Source: Eledone cirrhosa (taxonomy: Eukaryota). From it: 64,000 nt of DNA. The DNA lies in contig OZ024740.1 in the NCBI GenBank assembly GCA_964016885.1, positions 186,434,001 through 186,498,000 on the forward strand, read 5' to 3'. The position numbers were made by a program, and so were the translations under genes. Numbering within the stretch: position 1 is the stretch's first letter; every line of letters starts with the position of its first letter. Under the pieces are notes generated by a model. That model saw nothing but the letters and a program-made list of their open reading frames with translations. It searched no databases and was not told the origin of the DNA. This document shows positions 37,760-51,600 of the stretch, piece after piece.

Positions 37760-38725
37760 CACACAAATACGTACAGACAAAAGCGCATGCATGCGTACAT
37801 ACATACACACGAGGCACGCATATATATATATATATCGCCACATGTATATCTAATCGCACGTACGTACGCGACTATATATGTATATACATATATACATACA
37901 GACCCATACATACATATACATATACACACACATACATTCACATACATTCACCCACATACACACACGTACAAATAAGTATGTAAAAAACATAGATATAAAA
38001 AAACATAGATATAACAACACACATAAGTAACTTAACTCACTTTCAGATACTTATCCTCCATAAACTCTTATTCTTCACTTTCCTTAAATTATCCTCTTTA
38101 CAGACTTCTCTTTCTGATTTACTTTCATTTTTAACTTTATTTTTAATTTTTTATTTTATTTTTACTTCACATCCACCAGTACCCCCCCCCCCCCCCAACT
38201 ACTTTTCGATTCACATACCTAATATCTTCACATTCCACATTTTACTTCCTCATTTTCTTTCGCTACCTGATTCAGTGTCACTTGCGTTTTCCACTCCAGA
38301 TATATTCTGTTGTTTCGCAGCCGATTTTATATTTGTACTCATTCATTAATACGGCTGGTTTTTAATCTGTATCTATGTGTGTGAGTGTGCATATGTGTGT
38401 ATACGTTCTGTATATGTATACGAACGCCTCATTATGTGTGCGTGCGTACGTATATATATGTGTGTTGTTATATCTATGTTTTTTTATATCTATGTTTTTT
38501 ACATACTTATTTATACGTGTGTGTATGCGGGTGAATGTATGTGTATGTGTATGTATATGTGTGTATATGTATATGCATGTGTGGGTGTGTATTTATATAT
38601 GTATATACATATATAGTCGCGTACGTACGTGCGATTAGATATACATGTGGCGATATATATATATACGTGCCTCGTGTGTATGTAGGTACGCATGCATGCG
38701 CTTTTGTCTGTACGTATTTGTGTGT
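37760..38725. repeat. Inverted duplication of ~265 bp of low-complexity DNA around a ~430-bp unique spacer
   Basis: About 37760-38025 is the reverse complement of about 38457-38725, e.g. atcgccacatgtatatctaatcgcacgtacgtacgcgactata vs tatagtcgcgtacgtacgtgcgattagatatacatgtggcgat. Confidence 0.9.
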
Positions 38726-38756
38726 TTCTTGCTCAAGGAAACATATATATAAGGAG

Positions 38757-39083
38757 GCACATGGCTTAGAGCATTGGCCTTGCAATCGAAAGGTTCTGAG
38801 TTCAATTCTCAGACCGGGTGATGTGTTGTTTCCTTGAGCAAGACACTTTATTTCACATTGCTCCAGTTTACTCAGCTGTAGAAATGAGATGATAGGGACT
38901 GGGGTCCATATCATTCCACTGTAAAGTGGTCGTGGAGGTGACACGGCAAAAAAGCACCCACCACTCACTGTAAATGAGGTTGGTGTTAGGAAGGGCATCC
39001 AGCTGTAGAAATCAAGCCAAAAATCAGTTCCTGTCACACCCTTGCAACCAGGGAAAAAGCGGACGTAAAATGAAATGATGATG
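38757..39083 (+). mobile_element. tRNA-SINE (family B) with RTE-derived tail
   Basis: Head nearly identical to 18276-18420, followed by RTE 3' UTR (aagggcatccagctgtagaaatcaagcc) and a (GAT)n tail. Confidence 0.85.
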
Positions 39084-39290
39084 ATAATATATTCATTTTA
39101 TATATATATATTCCTTTTATATATATATGTGTCCAGACCCATGCTCCGTCCAGACCCATGCTAGCGTGGAAGATAGACGTTAAACGATGATGATGATGAT
39201 GATATGTCTGTGTGTATGTGTGTAGCAAAATTAGCAACAGGTATAAAAACGCTGTGGTCATTGATCATCAAAGTGGACATACACAGTTAC

Positions 39291-39579
39291 GTCCTTTTCA
39301 ACAGTGAATAACTACAGAGTGTGTGTACTTGTTGCCAGTTTTCAATTTTGTAATATACCCATGATGCATGTAGCTCCAACTCATCTTCTTTTAGTAAATT
39401 CAATACTATACCAAAATATTTGGTTTCCATGCAGTTTGCTGTAAAGATAATAAACAGAAACATAATACTTACATACATTCTTACAGTCCCAATACATTTT
39501 TCTTCATTCTCATTAACCTCATATAGATTAGCAGCTAGGAGGGCATCACACATTTATGTAATCTAATGTATTTTTGCCA
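39291..39579 (-). pseudogene. Candidate TPR-encoding exon(s), possibly decayed
   Basis: 39438-39291 has acceptor tttattatctttacag and donor GAC|gtaact and reads ANCMETKYFGIVLNLLKEDELELHASWVYYKIENWQQVHTLCSYSLLKR, aligning to the TPR pattern A.CYLKLxNWxxAxxDCxxAL. An upstream exon-like block starts at 39579 (acceptor tttgtttgttttag, donors gtaaga/gtaagt) but has stops in all three frames. Confidence 0.38.
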
Positions 39580-40664
39580 CTAAAACAAACAAAAAAGAAA
39601 TGGTATTATTAATATTAACACTGATGATGATGGTGAAGGTCTCTATAAAATAGATGAGAGGAAATAGCACCAATAAAAAATGGTATACATATTTACATTA
39701 TTAAATTATAATGTATAGTTATATTTTATTTTCACTACTTTCTATTCATTGTTCTCTTTCTCCCTCGTGTATTTCATACCCCTACACAACCTTTTTTAGT
39801 AATAATAATTTTATATAAAGGCACAAGTCCGAACATTTGGAAATTTAGTTTAATAAACCAGCCACAGCACTATTTTTTTTTACCCAAAGCAATGCAATAA
39901 AGCTACGAAAATGCAAATGTTTACCGAGGAAAAAAAAGGACAGGAGAGAAGAAAGATTCAAGGAGAGAGAAGATGATGATTGATGTTGCTTTTGAATTTT
40001 TGCATGTTGTAGTGGTCAGGAAAGCAAGAAGCGAGAAGAGAATTCTGTAGGTGAGATGTGTGACAGAAAAAAACTATCAGAATAGAATTTAGGAACTTTA
40101 ACTGAAAAGTGATGAGAATTAGCCACAAATGTGGTACTACACTTAAACATATGAAGAAGCTGCAACAAAGAAGAATGTTCACTAGAACAATTTTCGTTAT
40201 AGAAAAGGCACAGAGAAGCAATATTTCAAAGGGTGTCATAGTGATTGAAGCCATCATGATAAGTCAGTACCAATAATGTTGATGATTCTTCTTTGGATTT
40301 TATCTTGACTAACACTTTAATTCATCGACCCTGGAAGAATAAAAGACAAAGTTGACCATAGCTGGATTTGATAATAATAGATATTTTGTTCAATATTTTA
40401 ATGATTCTACTAATTTGCTGCCTTCTCTCTCAATTAGGATATTTAACTTAGGCTTAAAATCACACATCTTGAGGGAATGGATAATTGATTATATTTTTCA
40501 CTACTCAGTGTTTAATACTCATTTTATCAATCTCTGAAGGAGGAAAGGCAAAGGTGATTTGATAGAATTTCATCTCAGTTCATGAAAAGAACTTCACTAC
40601 GAACTGAGACATTCTTGTCTCTTCTCTAGTAATTCCGCCATTAATAATAATAATAATAATTCTT

Positions 40665-40880
40665 TCTACTTTAAGCACAAGGCCAAGAATGTTTGGGGGA
40701 GAGTAAAGTCGAATATATTAACCCCAGTATATTACTGGTGCTTTATTTTATTGACCCCGTAAGAATGAAAGGCACAGCTAACCTCGGTGGGTTTTGAACC
40801 CAGAATGTAAATGGCCATAACTACATGCCACAAAGCATAATGTACAATGCTCTAATGATGCTGTCAATTCACTGTCTTTA
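40665..40880 (-). mobile_element. tRNA-derived SINE (family A variant)
   Basis: ttctactttaagcacaaggcc...gaatgaaaggcacagctaacctcggtgggttttgaacccag; flanked by (AAT)n. Confidence 0.8.
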
Positions 40881-40899
40881 ATAATAATAATAATAATAA

Positions 40900-41600
40900 T
40901 TTTATTTATTGGCCACAAGAGGCTCACGCTATTGGGGATGATACAAAGGCAAATGAATACAAGAGGATGGAGTTTACATCAAGTGAAAGAAAGGGAACAT
41001 TACTAAAGAGAAAACAATAGGGATAACAACAAATGAATTTGTAATAAATACACATAACATTACAAAAAAGTAACATTAGCCAGTTCCCCAATAGTGAAGA
41101 GAATTGCATTTTAGGGTAACTCCTGGGAGAACACCACACGAAACCCTGGGTTAGCCTGTTGCTGCACGGACATTGAAAGTACCCTCTCCCAGTTTCCTTC
41201 CTCTTACATAGAAAATCATAGTCAGAATAGGCACATACAACCATGTCAATCTTGTCATTCTCACCTATCTTTCATAAAACTCATTAGAAGGCAGCACCAC
41301 CCTCTCTACCCTCACCTTCCTGCTCAAGTGAAGTTTAAAAAGTTGATGGCTTGGCTCGAGAGTAAGATACCTGTCCTCAATCCTTTTAGGCAAGTTCACC
41401 ACCCAGCTTCCTTCGCCGCTGTTATCTGGCAGAGGAAGACTAGCCATGCCTAATTTTCAAAAGACGGTGACAGTTCAATTTTCCCTATTGACCTGGCTGA
41501 TAGCTGGATCTGTCCTACATGTGATAGCAGTTGTTCGACAGAAGCCCCCAACTCTACAAGGCACAGGCACTGGGTGATAGCATACAGGACAGTTTCGGTG
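40900..41600 (-). mobile_element. Tx1/L1-type LINE 3' fragment related to the element at 53600-59390
   Basis: LFKLHLSRKVRVERVVLPSNEFYER matches FFKFYLKRKIRVEREVLSSQHFVER; 3' end cttgtggccaataaa abuts (AAT)n. Confidence 0.75.
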
Positions 41601-41619
41601 ACCGACATGCTCATACTCT

Positions 41620-41845
41620 TTGGGGTTTGATTCCTGAAATGGGTTGTGTGTTATGTTCTTGATTTTATGTTCCTCCAGTACACTCAGCTGAAAAAGAGTA
41701 CCAGAAATAGCTAGGAGTTTAAGTCTGCGATGGACTGGCATCTTTTTCAGTGGGGAGTCTTGAACTCTCAGTTGCTTAACACCACAGAAACTAGGAAAGC
41801 GCCAGCCTGATGAGCCACCAGGCTTCAGACAGAATTTAGACTTTA
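41620..41845 (+). mobile_element. SINE with V/Deu-like core (family C); reverse copy at about 48530-48800
   Basis: ctccagtacactcagctg...ctgcgatggactggcatc; the reverse copy reads ctggacaggatgccagtccatcgtagg...ctggagcaatgtgaaatgaagtg. Confidence 0.7.
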
Positions 41846-42306
41846 TTTAGACATGCAAATCTAATTACTTGAGATCATTAGCTAGTGCACCTGCTTCAGA
41901 TCAATTGCTAGGCTGCATGCAAGTCCTACTGTGGCCATGGAAAAGAAGTGAAAAAAGAACTTAGATACAAAAATAGAGTGTATGAAGAGAAAACACACTA
42001 TTAGATTCCACCTGTCCCCAGTAGATAACTGGTACAATATTTCATCAACCATTCTGTTGAAAGATGTGTGGTAAAGTCAAAATTGGCAAGACTAGAACTT
42101 TTAAAGGTATTATCATTATGTCCAGTGCTCAACCGACTTTGCCAATCCTTTTTCTAACATCTTATTAATAGTTCTAGATAAATTAATGATTTCCTGCAGA
42201 CTTTCCACCATTTTATTCAATTTTAATATCGATACATATTTTTATTAATTGATTGGCTTTTACTTTATTAAAATTAATAACCATAGTATCAGATAATATT
42301 TATGAT

Positions 42307-42338
<32 letters not shown>

Positions 42339-42353
42339 GTGTGTGTGTGTGTG

Positions 42354-42408
<55 letters not shown>

Positions 42409-43399
42409 AATACATACACACACACATATTTGTAGGCATTATGTTTGGCTAGACTTAACTACTATTAGCGTAATTCAGTTAATTATCTTCAGTATACATG
42501 GTTATTCAAGCATATTATCAAATTATTTCTTAATTCAACTATATTTTCAAAAGATTTTTCCCAGTTCTTTTTTCTCTTCTCTATTTAATTTTATTTATTT
42601 ATTTATTCAAAGGGAAGTAATATGGTTCAGTAAATAATTGTTTAACATTTCTTTTGTTTTACTTGTGACTTCCTTTAGTCTATGTTCTTTCTCTTTTTAT
42701 TCTTTCATTTTAAAATCTTTTTTGTCTTTCTCTATTCACAAGGAATTGTTTTTAAACAGTACATTAGATGGAGAAATTTGGAGGATACATAGAAAATCTA
42801 TTTGTTTCCACTATCTCAATCTGTTACTTTAAGCAAAATTTATAAACAGTAATGTGTGTGTATATATATATATGTGTGTGCATATGTCTGTGTTCAATCT
42901 TAGATATCTATCCAGAACTTTGGAACTCTTTAGCCACAGATTACCCACAGATTAACCAGTCTTTTAAATGCTCGTATATATATAAATATATATATATATT
43001 CTGTTTTGTTAACCTCAATGTAATAGTAGGAAAAACACTATACATTATGCAATTCATCCTATGGCTGCTGTAGGAATCGTGTTGAATATTAATTTGATTA
43101 AAATAACAAGAGGCCGGAGATAGTTTGCAGTAACAATAACACCTATTTTGCTGGCCATTTCTGATTCAAATATTTTCTTTATTCTCTGTTTGTGTTTACC
43201 ATAATTCCTTTATTGATTAACTAATTATGCAATTCACATCTGATGATGTCACCAGGATCTTACGTAACCGGGCCTTTGAAATATGAACAGTGTTTTTTTA
43301 AACACTAAAACTTTAAAGGAATATTACTTGTTTTAAATCAAATTAATATATATATAGTTCATTTTTTAATTTGTTTTGTAAGATTTCTTATCTAAAAAC

Positions 43400-44140
43400 A
43401 TGGGTTGAAACAGATATTGTTATACTTTAGGAGGGTCATGCTGCCAATAAAAACACACGCACCTGTTGGTTTTCACTTCAATTTACTATAATTTTCCGGT
43501 TGGTTGGCTGGTTGGTTAAATCACCAGATTGTTGTTCATATATTGTCAAAGAACTTTCGTCACACATTCTGTGACCTCTTCAGTGACTGTGTTTTATTTT
43601 GTGTTTCTCCTTTGTTCTGTCCTACACCATCTTGTTTTTGTGTGTTGTGTGTTGTATGCTTAGTTTGTGCATGCATTACATCCGTGTGTGTGTTTATTTA
43701 TTTATTTATGTGTTTGTAAACATAACATACATAGGTGAAACAGCCCATAGCATGGGAGAAAGGATAAGTGAACACTGGCGAGAAGTCCAGGATGGGAAAA
43801 ATTCATCAGTACACCACCAACATGCCAAAATAGAACATAGGGGCACATTAGAGAACATAGAGATAAAAATTATATCTACATACAGAAAAGATGCAATGCT
43901 CAGACAAATCTCAGAGGCTACAAACATGAATAAACTATCCCAAAATTAAACAGAAAATATGAGTGGATTAGCAACATCACAACTAGTAATTAAGGACAAA
44001 ATGAAGACATACAGACACACACAAAAAACAAACTAACAAAATAAATCAGACACCCACAGATAGAACAAACAACCAACTAGTGACAAGTAAATAAACACAT
44101 AAATAAATAAATAAACACACACACACACATCTGTATTAAT
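43400..44140 (+). mobile_element. Penelope-like element remnant: GIY-YIG endonuclease C-terminus with inverted upstream pseudo-LTR
   Basis: 43720-43949 reads TYIGETAHSMGERISEH...SSVHHQHAKIEH...IKII...RQISEA. About 43670-43716 is the reverse complement of about 44092-44145. A hammerhead lies in the inverted part. Confidence 0.85.
43545..43587 (-). ncRNA. Minimal type I hammerhead ribozyme
   Basis: gtca-CTGAAGA-g-gtcaca-gaatg-tgtgac-GAAAG-tt-CTT-tgac: 4-bp stem I, perfect 6-bp stem II, minimal stem III. Confidence 0.78.
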
Positions 44141-44149
44141 GCATGTGAA

Positions 44150-44380
44150 AGCTCACATCATCATAGGTGCATTAGGTACAATCTTGAAGAGTTTCCAAGG
44201 CTGGTTAAAAAACATTAGCCCAGTCCCCATTTTGGAGCACTGCAAAAGGCATGCCTACTGGGAACATCCACAGCCCCCTGATATGTCCTGAATATCTGAT
44301 GTTCATTAGGGCAACTTTTCTGGTTAAATAACATCAATGACTGAGATATCAGATTAATAATAATAGCAATAATAATAATA
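44150..44380 (+). mobile_element. R4/Dong-type LINE extreme 3' end with (AAT)n tail
   Basis: IIGALGTILKSFQGWLKNI...LQKACLLGTS, followed by an AAT repeat. Confidence 0.7.
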
Positions 44381-44381
44381 A

Positions 44382-45090
44382 GAGCTGGCCTGGCTCAGGT
44401 GGCTGAGTTGGCCTGGCCCTTGTGTTTTACCTGGCCTGGCCTTGTGGTTTAGTAGTCCTGGCCCAGGAAACTGAGCTGACATGGCCTAGATTGCTGAGCT
44501 GGCCTGGTCTACATGGTTGAGCTGGCTTGACCCTGATGGTTTAGTTTGTCTGGTATTGACGGTTTAGCTGGCCTGGTGAAGGTGACTGAGCTGGCCTTGC
44601 CCTAATGGTTTTGCTATGCTGACCCTGATGGTTGAGATGGCCTGACCCAGTTTATGGAGCTGGTCTGGCTGAGATATTTTCTGGCCTTGCATATCCTCAG
44701 CTGGGCTGGGCTGGGCTGATTTGGTATCTACTTAGATGATATAAACTGGTATAGCTTCAGTAATTCTGACCTGATTAGACCTGGATTCTTCATAGCTTGA
44801 GTGACCTGGTACTGATGTGGCCAGTTTGAACAGGTCTATCCTTGATTGGCCTCCGCTGGGCTATCTGGAGTGAGCCTGTCGTGGCTTCAGCTCTGCAGAC
44901 CTGTGCTTCACTAGTTGACCTGCAGTCAGCTGTGCTGGCTATGCTTTTACCCGAGCTAATTTGGCCTAAAATAGCTTTGACTGGCTTACATTAGCCTGCC
45001 TGTTGCAAGCTGGCCTGTGCTGGACTTCACCTTAATTTGCTAAAAAGATGGTTTGACCTGGCATGAGCTGGTAGGAATGGCTGATCAGAG
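44382..45090. repeat. GC-rich degenerate minisatellite with a 23-bp period (gagctggcctgg core)
   Basis: About 13 units of ~23 bp at 44382-44680 (gagctggcctggctcaggtggct, gagttggcctggcccttgtgttt, ...), decaying into ctggg/ctggc pentamers. Confidence 0.8.
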
Positions 45091-45839
45091 CTTGTTTGAC
45101 TGCAAACATTTAATTTACAAAAATATAAAATTATGCAAAATCAAAACACTTAGCAAATATATAGTCTATTGTAAGATGGACAAATTAAATTAAATCAATT
45201 TGTATATTTCACCTATTAGCTTAATAAAAGAAGTAAATGCATAGTATGTCGATTTATACATTTAAAATGCACAGTTAGATGCAATTATACATATATACAC
45301 ATACAGACAGTAATTTTCTTTTAATGATATTTCAGGGTCCAAAATTAAAAGACTGGTTATATTTCATAAAGCTATAATTGCTTTTTTGAATTATCCAATT
45401 CTTCTTTTCTCCCTCTATAAATTTTGTTTCATTTCAAAACCAACATAAATAAACAAAATAAAAAGAATTGCAGAAAAGTAACAAAAATAATAGCAACAAT
45501 AAACTAAAAACAAGACAAGAACAACATAGCAAACGGCAATAACAATAAAAGCATCAACAATAATTGTTAGCACATATTTTTGTCTTCATGTATTTTAGGG
45601 AGTAGGGGTGATATTCCTTTTATTTGAAGACCAACATATGGAAGCAAGCATTGCACAACAAAAGAAACAGCAACAAAAATAACAATATGCAACAGTAACA
45701 ACAAACAAATAAAAAATATCAACAAACATTTGTTATCAAAGATTTTGTTTTTTCCTTTCTCTATATGTATTTTCAATTTACGTGTGTTATTTGTATGTGT
45801 TTATATATGTATGTATGGTTATTTGTATGTGTCTATATA

Positions 45840-46200
<361 letters not shown>

Positions 46201-49200
46201 ATCATCCCACCCTTGCAAACAGGGAAAAGCGGACGTAAAATGATGATGATGATGATGATGATATGTATGTGTGTATGGGTATTTGTATGTGCCTGTGTCT
46301 ATTATGTGGATATTGGGTTTGTAAGTGTGCAAAGAGGAAGAAGGGTGGTGGAAGGGGAGAATAATGGATTAAAGAAGTCTTTGTTGCAGGAGAACAAAAC
46401 AGAAATCCAATTTCTGGAACTATTTAATTATATTGACATCTATGATCAAATCTGTCAAAATATGGAATGAAGTAAAATTTCACTCCCTGTTCCTCTACCT
46501 CTTGTGTCCCTCAAAGTGAAAATCATTATTTCAACTTCGATAGGTCAAATCGTTTAATGTAAGTGTTTGCATGTGTATACATTAAACACACATACACACA
46601 TATACATACATACACACATATACACACATATGCATACATACATACATATATACATTTATATATCTTTATATATAAGTGTGTGTGAGTGGATGTATGCTAT
46701 TCTGCAAAGCAATATAGTTATACACATATATATGTGTGTGTGTGTGTGTATAAAGTATATATGACATATATATGAATGTGTGTGCGTAATTTTGTATGTG
46801 TGTATATGTATATATATGCTTATATACATATATATATATTTATATAATATGCATATATATGTGTGTGCATTATGATTATACACACATACACACGCACACA
46901 CACACATATATATATATATGTAAATATGTGTGTGTATGTGTGTGTGCATTTTTGTATATAAATATATATATATATATACATACATACATGCACACACACA
47001 TATATATATTTTCTTAATGAATTTCCTCAATTTCAACGTTGCTCAAATAAATTTTCCCTGCTTACTCCTCACCACTATTGCTTGCCAATAAATCAATTAT
47101 ATCAATAAAGAGCCACAGAATTAGATAGAACTGGATAATATATTTTCATGTTTTTGTTTATTTAAAATTATTTTGTATATATATTTATTTATCTTTTCAA
47201 CTTTCAAGGACTCAAATTTATAGTTTCCGATCCTAAATAGATTAAAATATATAAAAATCCCCACTCTGCTTTCTATCACTATCTCCATTTTGTAATTTCA
47301 ATTTTTCTTTAAAAATCAATACAAAATTTTGAAACGGTTGAAAACTATATTTATATTCTGTTTGAATATAATTTGTAGCAGGGGAACGTAGAAATTTGAA
47401 AGATTTCAAAAGAAATAAGAATTGAGAAGATGAAACCCTGAAATGAATGTGAAAAACAAAAAAAAAAAAGGATTGAAAATACTGAAACTAACTCAACTTT
47501 AGGAATATGTTAAAAAATAAAATAAATATAATTTAATTCCATAGTAAAAAAATTAGACAATGAAATATTCTTATGAAATATATTTCAATCAATATCTACC
47601 AAAACACCCCATTCAATCATTCTTCTTGGGAACTACATCTCATGGGAACTCCCATCTTGCTCAAATTTTCTCAAAGCATTCCATTACATATTCTGACGGC
47701 ATGAATTCAAAATAAATATTAACAGGTTTAATTTGACAAAACTATTATGATTCCTCTTATTATATACATATCTAAATATATCTATGGAAAATGTTTTACA
47801 TTGTTCTTGTTTTTATTGTTGCTCTCTCATATCAGCCCTGTTTGAGCAGACGCATGATCGAAAACTTTCCAACATTATCCTCCTATATTTTTCCTCTGAG
47901 AAGGCAACATTTTCTAAAATGATAGGATGGTGATTTGTGGGAAATGTGGTTGTTGTTGCTAATAGAGTAACTATGTAGAATATCCTTTGTTGGCCTGCAA
48001 CTCACTCATCTTTCTTAAAACACTATCTACCACTTTAAAAAAATATATATTTGATAATGTAGTTTTAGATAAATACAATGATAATGGCTAGAATGCATAT
48101 ATTTGAACAGGTCTAAACAAAAACTAAAAAGAAATAGCAGCCAAATTAGTTTGATATCAAATCATTAAAATGAAAGTTTGTTGGGATACGTTAGTTAATA
48201 TAGGTCCTAAACATGCAATGCCTAGACATGATTGTCATGACTGGATTGCCTTTAATTCTAGGTCTCATCAATCAAGGAAGATAAAAGGTAACACCCAAAT
48301 GAAGGGCCTGGTAATAATAGTTGGAATGTTTTTGATCTGTACAGTCTTCACAGATAAGGAGTCAAACAATAACAACTCAAATTGATAACTGTTTCCTGAT
48401 ACTTTAATCAGATAGAAAATATATAATAGGAAAAAGAAGTTTAGAGTGTTCCATAAAATGCCATATTTTGAAGTATTTAGTTTGGGCTTTTTACATTCTG
48501 AGTTTACTCTAAAAAGGCTAAAGTCTGTCTTGAGCCTGGTGTCTTATCAGGTTGGTGCTTATCCCTGTTTCCATGGCATTAAGCGACTGAGAGAACAATA
48601 TTCCCCACTGGACAGGATGCCAGTCCATCGTAGGGTTCAAGCTTTAGCTACTGCTGGTGCTCATTTCCAGCTAAGTATACTGGAGCAATGTGAAATGAAG
48701 TGTTTTTCTCAAGAAAGCAACACACAACCCAGTCCAAGAACCAAACTCTTGACATTATGATCATAAGTCCAACACACTTACCACAAGCCCACACACCTCT
48801 ACAGTGAAGTACTGGGATTGATACAGTTGACTAACACCTCTCTTCACAAAAACGTCATGTCTCATGCCTATGTAAGAAATGAATCAATGATAAAGTCTGG
48901 TATCCAAGGATGTTGGTGGTGGTCTTTTGTGAGCAACAATTAGTCATTTGGAAATTTCTAAGTTTGTAAAATATCTAATAAATACTACTAGGCATCACGG
49001 GGTCAACAAGACCATGTGGTTAATAAGGTAACTTCCCAATAATATGGTCCTATGCTCTATCTTGCTATGCAGCTATAACCTTTTTCTGACAGAGTAGTTG
49101 TAGTTCATATGGTTCTTTACATTCTTGACTCATATCATGACATCCAAGACTGGTGTGAAGGAAGAAGGAATGTATCCTAAAATCGAAGACATGGGACAAA

Positions 49201-49754
49201 TAAATTCTTGCAACAAAGAGATCCACTACATGTACCCAAGAGTCAGGTGATACACCTATAAAATAAACACCTACATAAACCACAGTGGAATTTGAATTCA
49301 GAACACCTATACTGTAACACATCACTTCTGACACACTAACAATTCCACCAATCTACTACTATTGACTATTTCTTCATTTTATTAGAAGGATCAAAGGAAA
49401 GAAAGAAGACCCCCTTCACTCATGAAAAACCATGAGATTTGCATCTAAAAAGTTACTCTCAAAGGCACAGGTCTAGGCAAATTATTTTTTTCCATGAAAG
49501 ACCAGCAGTCACTCATGCATGTCAGTCTCACCTCTCCACACCACCGATGTGGAGCAATGTGAAATAAAGTGTCTTTCTCAATGACACAACTCATGATTCA
49601 GTCTGGGAATCAAACTCACAGGCTGACGATTGTAAGCCCAAAGCTCTAATCACTAAGCCATACAACTTCATCAAATTAACTTCATAAAAGACAAAAGTAG
49701 ATTTCAGCAGGATTTGAACTAAAAGAATAAAGAACTTTGGTTTGACACAATTTT

Positions 49755-49985
49755 TTTAAAGTTCAATTGCCATGACACATGAATATTCTAATGCTTTGAG
49801 CATTTGTTTTCATCTGAGAGTGAGGATGAGCAAGAAAGTGGTGTTGTCACCTTAATTTTGGACATACAATGAGATAACACTACTTGCCAATCAATGCAAC
49901 AACTTGACTCTTTCTCCTCTTCACTCTCAGATGAAGTGCAACACCCCAGGACATTAGATACTTTAACCGCAATCTAACTGAACTT
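49755..49985. repeat. Degenerate fold-back inverted repeat
   Basis: ttcatctgagagtgagga pairs with tcttcactctcagatgaa; inner agtggtgttgtc pairs with gataacactact. Confidence 0.6.
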
Positions 49986-50394
49986 ACAAAACTCTTCTAA
50001 GAATTCTCCTATGAAAAAATATAATAAAAACTTTTAAAACAGGACAACCAACCTCAACATGTTTTACCTGCAGCTATTGAATTGCCACTTTTCAAGAGGA
50101 ATATGAATCATGAATTTCATACATCTCAGAGGACATACAGACAAAACCAAATACAATGTAAAATTAAATTAAATTAAAATCTGGCACATTGTACACATAA
50201 AAATTATGAATAGATTAATCCAACTTTTCATGCTTGCTTCTTTATTATTATTATGGTTCATTTTCATAAATCTCAGACACTTAGATGTTAAACAATCTGA
50301 ATATTTCAGTTAGGGAACAGTCAACAAGTTGATGAAGGTCCCTCACTGCATTCTCTCCTGTGTCTTACATAGACAAGATTATTATTATTATTAG

Positions 50395-50835
50395 TGCAGT
50401 AGATTGGCAGTATCGGTAGAACACCAGACAATATACTTTGTTACATAGAGTTACGGCCCTTTACATTCTGAGTTCAAATCCCGTCGAGGTTAGCTTTGCC
50501 TTTCATCTTTACGTGGTCAATGAAATAAAGCACCTGTAATTCACTGGGGTTGATTTAATCAACATTCCCCTCCACTTCAAATTGCTGGCCTTGTGTCTAA
50601 AGTAGTAACAATTATTATTATTATTATTATTGGTAGAGCCTCGGACACCATGCTTCTCAGCATAGAGTTACAGTCCTTTACATTCTGATTCCATATCCTA
50701 CAGAGGTTAGCTTTGCCTTTCATCGTTTCAGGTTTGATAAAATAAAATATCAGTAACGTACTAAGGTCAATTTAATTGACTTTCCCCCTCCCCCAAAATT
50801 GTTGGTATTGTAGCTAAATCAGAAACCATTATTAT
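50395..50835 (+). mobile_element. Two tandem family A SINEs separated by (ATT)n
   Basis: Both carry the ggttagctttgcctttcatc core and the tail; about 50395-50612 and 50631-50832. Confidence 0.82.
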
Positions 50836-51329
50836 CAACATGATACGTTATTGTTTGTTTTTATTTTTATTTATTACTGACATCCTATATTCAAATAAAT
50901 TCTAAATTCTGTCTCTTTTGAAAATGAAGGGATGTTTTACTAGTCTTTTTTATGAATAATTCAAATAATCTCATAATCTTCTAGTTCATTCTAGCTAAAT
51001 CTCTATTCATTTTGTCATAGATATATGACTGAAGCAGAGATCAAGAGAATAACATTAACAGCAACAACAAGAACAATAATGGTAATAATAATAATGATAA
51101 TAATAATAATCCATTTGAAGTGCACAATTTATCCACACCACCACCCCACCACCAGTACCTCCTCTTTTTCTTACAAATAAGATTGGCTCTCTTTTCTGGA
51201 ATGAATAGTCACACAGATTGAACAATATTTTCTTTGATATCGAACATAGTGGAAGACATCAGATTAATTCGGTTTTGTCTGTAGTGCTTACACAGACAGA
51301 AGAAAACTGACCAATATAAATGATATTGT

Positions 51330-51600
51330 TATCATCATCATCACGATCTTTATGTCCGATTTTCCATGCTCATATGGGTTGAATAGGTCCTTTTCAGCAC
51401 AGCTTCTCTCCATTTATCGTGTTCCTTCATCATCTCCTCTGGGAGTCTCAGCAATTTGAGATCAGTTCTTACCACCTCCACCCAAGTCATCCTCAGTCTA
51501 TCTCTACTGTGGCTTTCTTCTCCTAGGATTTCCTGGCACTTCTTCACCCAGCGATCATTATCAATGCATATCACATGCCCTAATAGAACAATAGTTACAT
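51330..51600 (-). mobile_element. RTE LINE 3' end
   Basis: GHVICIDNDRWVKKCQEILGEESHSRDRLRMTWVEVVRTDL...WREAV. Confidence 0.8.

Noticed and set aside
41800-41835. ctgatgagccaccaggc as a hammerhead
   Set aside because: No GAAA box follows; it is the 3' stem-loop of a SINE tail.
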